A DNA stretch of 64,000 nt from a virus: the IMG/VR virus record IMGVR_UViG_3300034102_002265, positions 12,699 through 76,698 of that record. One strand, given 5' to 3'. The notes under the pieces are model-generated. The model had not been told where the DNA came from, did no database searches, and was given only the letters and a program-made list of their open reading frames with translations. Positions 28,084-37,400 of the stretch are shown here, in pieces; the stretch's first letter is position 1; each line of letters starts with the position of its first letter. The position numbers were made by a program, and so were the translations under genes.

Positions 28084-31000
28084 TTAGATGATGATAACAT
28101 AAGATCTTGGAATCTGATACGGATTATTAATACTAATTGAAGATGAATTCAATTGATCGATAAATACTGTTCCCATTCCAATATAAGTGGATCTACCAAA
28201 AGATTCAAATCCACTTGAGATGGTAAATATACTTCTATTTCCGACAAGAGTTTCATGATATGTAGCACTTTCATTACCGATTCCATAAACATTAATGGAT
28301 CCAGAAGTTCTTGGTGATGGTATAAATCTGATATTTGGATGGACGAGTTCTCCAGAAATAGAAATAGAACCAATTCCAGAATATATGCTGGATTTTTTGA
28401 TCCTAGATTCTGCATTACCATAAAGATTAGTGGTGGTAATTCCAAAATATGGATATTCTTTGTTGAATGCAACCTTCGAAGATCCAGAAACAACAAATAG
28501 AACACTATTATTAATACTGGTACTGGAGTATAATTTAGATTCAGTAGATCCAGAAAGTGCAAATAAAGTTCCCTTACCTACATACGAATCGACATCATAT
28601 ACTTGACTTGCAGATAATTCGAATATAGTTCCTACACCAACATAGGAGTTTATTTTTCTTATTCTTCCAATAGATTCCGAAATTTGAATATTACCGAGAC
28701 CAATATACTCATTAGTGTGTATTTGATTGGTGTTTGCAAATCCAAAGACATTGAATAGTTGTGTAGATTCTGGTGGATTAGCTACAAATCTTATAGAAGC
28801 ACTATTTTCATAATCACAAGTAATATCTTCGGAATCACAAGTATCATAAGTATTATCAACCAGATGAGTTTTGAATCTGATTGTTCCTTGGCCAGAAATA
28901 CTGGATGTAAATGTAACAACTGAGGAGGATTCTGCAAAGAGTATTTGACCAAATCCAGCATAAGCAAATCCCTTTCTTAGAACAGAATTTCCACTAAATT
29001 CATAAAGTACCTCTGTTTCAGGTGTTTGTGCAATAAATCTTTCTCTTGCAGTTCCAGATGTATTAAAGAGAATTGTTTGTTCTGGAGTTTGAGAGGAAAG
29101 TGATTCTTGAGCACTTGAAGTTAGTTTGACTGAACCATTACCAGAATAACTAAAGGCTCTCCTATTAACTCTTTGATCTGATAAAGTAATTGTTCCAGAG
29201 CCCGAATATGATTCGGTGTTCTTTTCAATTATTGGTTGAGTTTGAGTGGAAATCTGAATAAATCCAGATCCAATATTTGCATATACTGCAATTTCTCTAT
29301 TAAAAGATCTTCCGGAGAAGGTTATTAATCCGGAACCTGTATAATTCGTTCTTATAAAGCTTTCATTACCAAAACCAGATACAAATATAGATCCCTTAGC
29401 TTTGTATGGTAGAGTTGCCCTGTAAATTGATCCTGCATCAACAATCTGGATAATTCCCTTTCCAGCATTAGGATCTCCAGAATTTATTGGATAAACTGGG
29501 GAGTAATTTCTAGAATCTCCACTAAGAGAAATTATACCAGATCCAATATAAGTAGTTCTGGTGAAACTTTCAAACTTGGAACCAGAGATATTAATTGATC
29601 CAAAACCACCATATCTCTGTACAAAACTTTCTAGTCCAGAAGAGAACCCAAAGAGTGATCCAGTAGCAACATAAGAATCTACATCCTTCGTTATAGCTTG
29701 TCCATATATCTGGAAGATCTGAGTAGTGTCAGAAGAGAATGTAAGTTTAATATCAGAAGCAGATCCAGAAATTTGAAATAGTTGAACTGACTTCAGATAA
29801 TTTGAAGTAAATTTCTCTACAGCAGATCCAGAAATACTTAATGAACCATATGGAACTAATGGTTCGCTGTATCTGTAGCTTCTACTCTCTACTTTCTCCC
29901 CAAAGCTAAAGAGTGATCCAGAAGTTACATAAGTATCTGAATCTTTCTCTATAGCTTGTCCATATATCTGGAAGAGTTGGGTATTCTCTGTATAATATGT
30001 TCTAGTGTCAGAAGCAGATCCAGAAATTTCAAACAGTTGAGTTGATCCCGAATAGTCTGAAGTAGATCTTTCTACAGCAGATCCAGAAATACTTAATGAA
30101 CCATATGGGTACTGATTACTAAGGATACTTTCAATAATGGAACCATGATCAATTGTAGATGTTGGATCATTAATGATAAATTCATAATCCTGGAGTCCAG
30201 TAAGATCATCGTCTACAACAGATCCATAGTCGTCTGTGGGATCGTCTACGGAGTCTTCGCTGTATCTATAGGTCCTACTCTCTACTTTCTCGCCAAAGGT
30301 GAATAGAGAACCTTGGCCAATATAGGTATCTGAATCTTTCTCTATAGCTTGTCCATATATCTGGAAGATCTGAGTAGTGTCAGAAGAGAATGTAAGTTTA
30401 ATATCAGAAGCAGATCCAGAAATTTCAAACAGTTGAGTTGATTCTAGATAGTCTGAAGTAAATCTTTCTACAGAAGATCCAGAAATACTTAATGAACCAT
30501 ATGGAACTAGTGGTTGTATGATATCTAAGGAAATCAATCCATAATCTAATATTGGTCCTGGGTTGTCAGTAATAAATCCAGAATCTTCAAATACTGTAAG
30601 ATTAGTATCTAAAATAGATCCATAATCGTTTATGGAATCTTCAATCGAATCTTCACTATATCTGTAGGTGATACTCTCAACTTTCTCTCCAAAGCTGAAG
30701 AGTGATCCTGAAGCTACATAAGTATCCGAATCTTTCTCTATAGCTTGTCCAGAAGCAACAAATGATCCCCTTCCATAGAATCTTGGGGTTACATTGAGTA
30801 CTGCTTTACCATAAATTTCAAACAGTTGAGTTGATTCCGGTTGATCTAAAGTAAATGATTCTACAGCAGATCCAGAAATACTTAATGAACCATATGGAAC
30901 TAATGGTTCATTGTATCTGTAGCTTCTACTCTCTAGTACTTGTCCAAATCCAAATAGAGTTCCAGTTCCTTCTGGACTATACGTTACTTTTTCTACAGAT

Positions 31001-31683
31001 GTTCCAGAGAGGTATAGTCTATAATTTACTTGAGTTATAGCTGATCCACTAAATGTTAATCCACCGAAAGGATAAAGACTAGTAGAAGTTAGTATAGAGC
31101 CCTGATCAAAACTAAATGAAGCCGGTACACTTACAAGTCCGTAGTCGTCCGGTGAATCAGATGTGACATTTAGATCACCGAGATCTTCTGTTGTGTAGAG
31201 AAGTACAGAAGATTCGTTATAATCGTAAGTTTTACTTTCTAATTTTTCACCGAATCCAAATAAAGTTCCACCAATATCATTTGGATGGTGAACAAAGTTA
31301 TATTTTGCAGATCCGTAAAAAATCTTATCAACATATTCAGTATTTGCTGATCCACCAAATGTTAATCCACCAAAAGGATACAGACTGGTAGAAGTTAGTA
31401 CAGAACCATTGTCAACACTAATTGAAGCCGGTACACTTATGAGTCCATAGTCATCCGACAAATCATATACATCATTTATTTCGTCAAAAGTATGCGTTGT
31501 TTGACTAAAATTTATTGTATTATTACTAAAACCATTCGGTTGTAATATTCCCTGTAGTGTATCATAATCTTCCGTAGTGTAGAGAAGTACGGAAGATTCA
31601 TTATATGATATAGATATTTCTTCTAAACAAGTTTGTTGTAATTGAATATTTTGTGGTATTCCCTGATAACTGAAGTCAGTCAT
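28084..31683 (-). CDS. Repeat-rich Ser/Gly virion structural protein (1199 aa)
   Basis: Repeated units PYGSLSISGSAVE, STQLFEISGSA, GSLFSFGEKVES and DDYG. Confidence 0.7.
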   Translation of the reverse strand: MTDFSYQGIPQNIQLQQTCLEEISISYNESSVLLYTTEDYDTLQGILQPNGFSNNTINFSQTTHTFDEINDVYDLSDDYGLISVPASISVDNGSVLTSTSLYPFGGLTFGGSANTEYVDKIFYGSAKYNFVHHPNDIGGTLFGFGEKLESKTYDYNESSVLLYTTEDLGDLNVTSDSPDDYGLVSVPASFSFDQGSILTSTSLYPFGGLTFSGSAITQVNYRLYLSGTSVEKVTYSPEGTGTLFGFGQVLESRSYRYNEPLVPYGSLSISGSAVESFTLDQPESTQLFEIYGKAVLNVTPRFYGRGSFVASGQAIEKDSDTYVASGSLFSFGEKVESITYRYSEDSIEDSINDYGSILDTNLTVFEDSGFITDNPGPILDYGLISLDIIQPLVPYGSLSISGSSVERFTSDYLESTQLFEISGSASDIKLTFSSDTTQIFQIYGQAIEKDSDTYIGQGSLFTFGEKVESRTYRYSEDSVDDPTDDYGSVVDDDLTGLQDYEFIINDPTSTIDHGSIIESILSNQYPYGSLSISGSAVERSTSDYSGSTQLFEISGSASDTRTYYTENTQLFQIYGQAIEKDSDTYVTSGSLFSFGEKVESRSYRYSEPLVPYGSLSISGSAVEKFTSNYLKSVQLFQISGSASDIKLTFSSDTTQIFQIYGQAITKDVDSYVATGSLFGFSSGLESFVQRYGGFGSINISGSKFESFTRTTYIGSGIISLSGDSRNYSPVYPINSGDPNAGKGIIQIVDAGSIYRATLPYKAKGSIFVSGFGNESFIRTNYTGSGLITFSGRSFNREIAVYANIGSGFIQISTQTQPIIEKNTESYSGSGTITLSDQRVNRRAFSYSGNGSVKLTSSAQESLSSQTPEQTILFNTSGTARERFIAQTPETEVLYEFSGNSVLRKGFAYAGFGQILFAESSSVVTFTSSISGQGTIRFKTHLVDNTYDTCDSEDITCDYENSASIRFVANPPESTQLFNVFGFANTNQIHTNEYIGLGNIQISESIGRIRKINSYVGVGTIFELSASQVYDVDSYVGKGTLFALSGSTESKLYSSTSINNSVLFVVSGSSKVAFNKEYPYFGITTTNLYGNAESRIKKSSIYSGIGSISISGELVHPNIRFIPSPRTSGSINVYGIGNESATYHETLVGNRSIFTISSGFESFGRSTYIGMGTVFIDQLNSSSISINNPYQIPRSYVIII
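29692..30897. repeat. Intragenic DNA direct repeats
   Basis: An 83-bp exact repeat at 29692-29774 and 30343-30425. The 30-mer agatccagaaatacttaatgaaccatatgg occurs exactly at 29824, 30079, 30475 and 30868. A further diverged repeat of about 100 bp lies near 31041 and 31347. Confidence 0.9.
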
Positions 31684-32057
31684 TTTACTCCACCTCCAGA
31701 TACATCGGGAATAACTTGTCTTATTAATGAACTATTAGATTCAAATATAACATTAAATCCAATCCATCTGAATACAATTCCATGTAATAGAATAGATTTT
31801 TTATTAATATCTTCAAATTTTCTAGCTTCGGAAGAAATTATTTTATAAGTCTCTTTTTCTTTAGATGGTTCTATTCTAATACTTCCAAAAGGAATTAAAG
31901 TTTCATTGCATGTAATATTTCCATAATTATCAACTACCTCACAATTACTACTCAATTTTTGGCAGTCAAACACTTCACTTGGAAAAGAAGTAATACTTCC
32001 AAAATCTTCTTCCAAGTATTCATTTATGGATGATGAGTTATACTCGTAGATATTCAT
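31680..32057 (-). CDS. Hypothetical protein carrying one copy of the repeat module of the downstream 1199-aa protein
   Basis: MNIYEYNSSSINEYLEEDFGSIT...DNYGNIT...LIPFGSI matches YDYNESSVLLYTTEDLG...DDYG...LYPFGGL. The likely start is ATG at 32057. Confidence 0.6.
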   Translation of the reverse strand: MNIYEYNSSSINEYLEEDFGSITSFPSEVFDCQKLSSNCEVVDNYGNITCNETLIPFGSIRIEPSKEKETYKIISSEARKFEDINKKSILLHGIVFRWIGFNVIFESNSSLIRQVIPDVSGGGVK

Positions 32058-32084
32058 CCGTAACCCTAATCCCCAATGAGTAAA

Positions 32085-32119
32085 CAAAAAAATGGGGATT
32101 GTTTTTATAACAATCCCCC
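32085..32119 (-). terminator. Rho-independent terminator-like hairpin
   Basis: Perfect 10-bp inverted repeat ggggattgtt (32094-32103) / aacaatcccc (32109-32118), followed by a U-tract on the minus strand. Confidence 0.7.
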
Positions 32120-32147
32120 AAAAACGAATAATATATTTATTTAGATA

Positions 32148-33155
32148 TCAATCAAGAGCAACATTTAATGTAATTTTAATCTGGTCTCCATTATTTTGAA
32201 TCGTGTAAGGACCATTCGTAAATCTTTCAGCGTACATTATAGAACTATAAAGAGTTGCTGTATTTAATCCAACAGTAGAATTTGAAACCGGAGTCAATGC
32301 AGGAGTTGTATAGAACTCATTTGCATTTGGGACAGAGAATACGGTATACGTATTTGATTGTACTGTTGTATTTCCAGTACCAGCAGCAACATAAAGAATA
32401 TCTCCTGCTACTAATTGGTGTCCATTAGCTACAATCTTACCATAACTAAATGTAACGCTTGGATCTGTAGCAACTTGGATGTTATCGATAAGAGATTTAT
32501 CTAGATATACAACTTTTAATGCTCTATCAACACCAATAACCTGAGTTCCTGTCTGAATGCCAGCATTACCACCAACAATCATTCCTAAAGTTAGGTCATC
32601 AACACTCTGATCTGGATCAATTGTAATATATTGATTTCCAATAACTCCAATAACTGGATCGGTATTATCTCCCTTAGATACGGTTGTTCCGATACCAACA
32701 GAAGCATAGTGTACAACACCTTGCACAGCAACAGGCATATTATTTGCACGAGTTACATAATAACCATAGACATCTCCAGCTTCTCCAGTGAAGGTAAATG
32801 TCTGTTCTGGATATGTTGCAGTTGTACCAGAACCAACTTGATTAATTCTCCAACGAGAACCATTTAATAGAATGCCAGTCTGTGAAGTGTAAACTTGATC
32901 TGCTCTATTGTTTACACAATATGGATAACCAGTAGATGGTGCATATCCATAAGCATTTGTATTACCAATTCCATATGGTTCATAATATCTAACATCTGAA
33001 GGCACATCAGACTCTGCAGGAGTCGTGTTGCTGGTAAAAAGTTTTAAAATTAAATTTCTGGGAGACTGGTCAGCAAGACTGGCTGTGTGGTTGTTTTGTG
33101 CAACCAGATATCTGAGTGACTCAAGTTCTCCAATATTTGGAACTAATAGTGCCAT
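32148..33155 (-). CDS. Virion structural protein
   Basis: MALLVPNIGE...LILKLFTSNTTPAESD, TATYPEQTFTFT..GDVYGYYV and AERFTNGPY.IQNNGDQIKITL, within the late structural block. Confidence 0.7.
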   Translation of the reverse strand: MALLVPNIGELESLRYLVAQNNHTASLADQSPRNLILKLFTSNTTPAESDVPSDVRYYEPYGIGNTNAYGYAPSTGYPYCVNNRADQVYTSQTGILLNGSRWRINQVGSGTTATYPEQTFTFTGEAGDVYGYYVTRANNMPVAVQGVVHYASVGIGTTVSKGDNTDPVIGVIGNQYITIDPDQSVDDLTLGMIVGGNAGIQTGTQVIGVDRALKVVYLDKSLIDNIQVATDPSVTFSYGKIVANGHQLVAGDILYVAAGTGNTTVQSNTYTVFSVPNANEFYTTPALTPVSNSTVGLNTATLYSSIMYAERFTNGPYTIQNNGDQIKITLNVALD

Positions 33156-33196
33156 TTAAACAACTCCCCTACAGGACGATTTTTAATAACTATCTT

Positions 33197-33204
33197 TATT
33201 TATA
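33197..33204 (-). promoter_or_regulatory. T4-type late promoter TATAAATA
   Basis: Exact consensus, overlapping the stop codon of 33200-33877. Confidence 0.75.
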
Positions 33205-33877
33205 ATTTTAATTTTAAAGAAATCAGAAATCTATTGATATTATTTACCGCAATAACATCAAAAGTCAAAATACTACCAGCAACCAAAGTTGTATCCCAAT
33301 TAGTTAAATTATCATCTCTAACTTTTCTAGCATTTGTAATTTGTGGATATACTCCACCAACTATGGAAGTAAAAGTTGGAAATGTTGAATATGTTGATTT
33401 CTTAATGTCCAGAGTCAGATCACCTTGTTGATCGGACAAGATAACCAAAGACTCAATAATTCCACTTACATCTAAGGTTACGGAGCCCTTGTTACCCGCA
33501 ATCATTGCGATAGATCCACTATCAACAACATAATTAATAGTTCTGGTTAAGTCTGCTGTCGTTGCAAGAGCAATAATAAAAACATCATCTCCAACATCTG
33601 GAGCATTTGTAAAAATAATATTATTATTTGATATTACAAAGTCTTGAAGTGGTTCTAGAATTACATTATTTAAACTAACTATGAGTTGTTGTTCATTTAT
33701 TGGAACATAATTATCTCCAGTATAAAATAATCCAAATGTATGAGCAACTCCGGTAAATTGGGAATTTATATTGTCAAGAATTATGTTCCCGTATTGTATT
33801 GACTTTGTAGGAATTTCATAGTCAACACCAATTCTATATGGACCTGGTTCGTTTAACGTTACTAAGTAATCAGTCAT
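33200..33877 (-). CDS. Virion structural protein
   Basis: ILDNINSQFTG..HTF.L, QLIVSLNNVILEP..DF.IS.NNIIFTNAP. This module is also present in the gp7-like protein. Confidence 0.65.
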   Translation of the reverse strand: MTDYLVTLNEPGPYRIGVDYEIPTKSIQYGNIILDNINSQFTGVAHTFGLFYTGDNYVPINEQQLIVSLNNVILEPLQDFVISNNNIIFTNAPDVGDDVFIIALATTADLTRTINYVVDSGSIAMIAGNKGSVTLDVSGIIESLVILSDQQGDLTLDIKKSTYSTFPTFTSIVGGVYPQITNARKVRDDNLTNWDTTLVAGSILTFDVIAVNNINRFLISLKLKL

Positions 33878-34209
33878 TATGATACTCCGGGAGTTACCAG
33901 AACGTTTCCTTGAACAGCTCGGGTTCTGTAAGAATTAGGAGAAATAAGAATAATATCATAAACATAACGACCGCCTTCAATCGCGTCAGTTGCAGTATAT
34001 CCCATAGAAACTGCAATTTTTCCATTGATTCTATCGGGAAAAGCCAGTGTTAGTGGGTATGTTGTTGAAGATGCGGGATGTTTCCTAATTGAGGAAATGC
34101 CGGTGTATCCAGTTAAGTTTAGTGGTGCGTTATTAGTATTCCTGATTGTAAAGGTGGCTTGAAAGTCAACCCCTTGTTCAAGAACTAAGTTTACATTCCT
34201 TGCCGCCAT
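33877..34209 (-). CDS. Small baseplate- or fibre-associated structural protein
   Basis: NLVLEQGVDF...NLTGYTG.SSIRKH...GRYVYDI...RAVQGNVLVTPGV, a family I recognise from T4-like cyanophage structural blocks. Confidence 0.7.
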   Translation of the reverse strand: MAARNVNLVLEQGVDFQATFTIRNTNNAPLNLTGYTGISSIRKHPASSTTYPLTLAFPDRINGKIAVSMGYTATDAIEGGRYVYDIILISPNSYRTRAVQGNVLVTPGVS

Positions 34210-34232
34210 TATTGGAATCCGTTTTTAAGTAT

Positions 34233-34484
34233 TTATGATCCAGAATCTAATTTGGACAAAATCAATTTCATCATATCTTTCATTTCACTTACATCAGACT
34301 TCAATTGATCTATTTCATTAACCTTGTTGTCAATTTGATTTAATCTATCAACTTCGTTTATTCGTTCTGTTTTCAATTCCAAATACTTTTTGTACTCGGA
34401 ATCAGAACAGTTTAGAATAGCATTGGAGTTCTCATCTCGAAACAACCCCATGTTTCCTTCTACAGGTACTAACATAATTTTCAA
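34233..34484 (-). CDS. Small coiled-coil hypothetical protein
   Basis: VEG...LFRDENSNAILN...EIDQLKSDVSEMKDMM; directly follows the VrlC-like gene. Confidence 0.7.
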   Translation of the reverse strand: MKIMLVPVEGNMGLFRDENSNAILNCSDSEYKKYLELKTERINEVDRLNQIDNKVNEIDQLKSDVSEMKDMMKLILSKLDSGS

Positions 34485-37400
34485 ATCGTTGCAATAACTC
34501 TAAAATCTCTAATTTTTGGAACAAATGCTGAATTAGTTCCCGACATTAAGATCTTTATCTGGAATCCATTAAACTGCGGTAAATTAACAGCAGTAAATTC
34601 ATAAGAATTGAAATTGTCTTCAGATGTTGAACTTGTTACATTTTTGTCAGGTCTTCCATTATTTTTAGCCGAATTAATGACTTGTAGATTTGCATCCAAG
34701 TTATCATATCCCGGGAACAACTGCCAAAGTTGAGGTTCTGAAGGAGCATCAGATCTAAAGATTCTATAACATACTCTAATATCATTTGTTGAATGTCTGA
34801 AAGCATCAAAGAACACTTTCAAATTATCAGCAGCCTTATCCAAAATAACAATGTTACTTAGATATGTTGCTGCAGTTGGATCATCTTTCAGAGAATTAAC
34901 TCTTGGATCAGTAGAATAGTCTACAACTTTAGAATTAATTCTATTTGCAATAGTAACTAAATTTACTCTATCCAAATCAATCATTGGAGAAACTTTTTCA
35001 TTTTGAGTTGATAATGTCAACTCCATAGTGAATGATTTTTTACCAGGGAAACTCGATAGATATGTTTCTTCGTTAACTTGAGAAGAAATAATTCTTGGAG
35101 AATTAAATTCATTATTGGAATTCAGAGATATATCAACAAATCCTTGATCTAAAAATGGAGTTAAATCACTATCTGGAGTAGATCCACTAAAGGTTCTTAC
35201 CTTTGCGGATACAGAGGTTTTTTGTGGTAATAATGTTTGAATATTTGGTCTAATAACGTTAAATGGTATGTTCTGAGTCGCTTTAGGTCCTTTTGGTGAT
35301 CCAAGTAATGGAACAATATCATATGACCCACAAGACTTATCATCGTTAAAATATAAAGCAGGATATCCAAGAACATTTCCTGGTGTTCTATCAATACCTC
35401 TACTACTCATTCCAACCTTAACATAATAATAATCTAAATCAGTTGGATAAGTTACTAAGTTAGTGTCGGATAAATTATGAGTTTTATTTATTCTTCTCAG
35501 AGATACTCCATTCAGTTCATATTTAAAGATAGGAAATTCAATATCGTATGATCCAGAAATGGTGTCGTCAATGTTTCTAGTTATTCCAATTAGACTATTT
35601 GTAGATGTAACTACTCCAGTGTATTTGATAACTTCATTATCAATTAAAATATATCCGGGATTTACGGAAGATACTGGAACATTCTCAAAGCTTGTAAATA
35701 TTCCAACAGAACTTACTGAAATATTACTTGTAGATGTTGAATCATATAAAGCTTTTAATGTTTCAGGTTTTTGATCTGGTTGCATTCCCGAAAGTGCAAC
35801 TTTATCAGCCAAAGAATACATTCCGTGATTGTTGTGACTTACTTTAAAATGTAATCCATCAGTCAAATCGGTTATGGTATTTACCGTTGCATTAGAAAGA
35901 AGTGAAGTTCCAGAAGAACCAACATAGTACAGACTATCTACAGTATTTTGATTTAGAGTTCCTTGTACTCTGTCTACTAATAGAGAATTGAAAGAAGAAA
36001 TAATTCCTACATTGTTTGGAATTGTAAGAATTAAATTATTACCAAGTCCGTCTGTTTGGGAATAATTAACTTCTAATGAATCTCCATAAGCGTATCCAGT
36101 ACCTCCAATAGAAACTGTGGCTGCAATAGCAACTCCATTTTGAACACTTAAATTTACTTTGGCCCCAAAACCAAAACCAGTCATGGAAACTAAATCTACA
36201 TTGGAATAAGTTTTAAATGTAGATGTAAATGCGGCTCCTGCAGAAGTTACTACTAATGTGCTTCCAATTCCTACAGAACCAACTATACTCTTTAAATTAG
36301 ATCTAAAAGTTTGATTGTTACGTTGCAATATTGGACTTCCGGGGGTTAATCCAGTAACCTCCGTTGAAGTCAGACTCTTCCCTAGTCCAATCAAAGTTGA
36401 TTTGGAAATACAATCTAATGGATTAGGTCTTAAAGTTACAATTTGATTATTACCAATATCTAATTTTGGATTATAGAATCTAACTGTAGAAGATCCTGTA
36501 ACAAATTTTGCTCTATAAAGAGTTAGTTTGAGATCTTCTAATTGGCTAGGATCCCATGTAGCACCATTCTGAGACTTAAACATAGATCCTAATAAAGGTT
36601 GTTGCGATACAACTATTTTTTGTGACTCTGGTAGATTCAATGTTGTTACATCTTCCTCACCCATTCTAGAAATCCATACAGTGTATTCATTAGATACTGA
36701 AAGTAATACTACACAATAATCATTTCCACTCTCAAGATAAACTGGAGATGGGAAAGTAAATGTTGTTGGAGTTCTACCATCTTCCGATACATTAACCTGA
36801 CTTGGATCTAAGACAACTTCAGCAAAAGGAATAATTGTTGTCGTTGGCAAACCAGTTTGCATGGTTCTGATTTGCATAGTAATTGGTAAACTGTTAGTAT
36901 CTTTAGTTCTGAAGAACAAATCACATTTTGTAATAAAAATTCCAGTTTCTTCAGGGACTTCAAAAGACTGTGCAATTGGGTCAACCCATCTGGTTTGAAC
37001 TACAGTACGGTTTATAAAAGTAGTTCCTGCTGTCAGTGCTGTTTCTTGAGAAGTTGAAGTTCTTTCTTCAGTTCTACTAGTTCTCTCAACATTTGCATTC
37101 CTTGTTCTTAAAGTAACCTCTTCAGTATTGTTTATAGTTCCCGATGATCTAAATTTAACATCAGCTATACTATCTGTAGCGCCAATAATTGGTGTATTTG
37201 TGGAACTGGTTGTAAGAGTAAAAGTCTTTGTTCCGGTTTCAAATGATGGAGTAGACTGCAATCTTGAATCGGGGATAAACAATGATCCAATCACAGTGCC
37301 AGAGACATCACTAACTAATCTAACATCCGTTACTTTTGCGACTGCCTTAGAAGTTTCGCCTCTCAGTTGCATGTTTGTAATAATATGTCCATAGAATCCA

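Noticed and set aside
29824-30897. Four exact 30-bp repeats as a CRISPR array
   Set aside because: Spacing is 255-396 bp and irregular, the repeats encode PYGSLSISGS in frame, and there are no cas genes.
29692-31460. Repeats as the template/variable pair of a diversity-generating retroelement
   Set aside because: Mismatches between copies (for example near 31041 versus 31347) involve all bases rather than adenines only, all copies are in-frame parts of one CDS, and no reverse transcriptase is present in the window.
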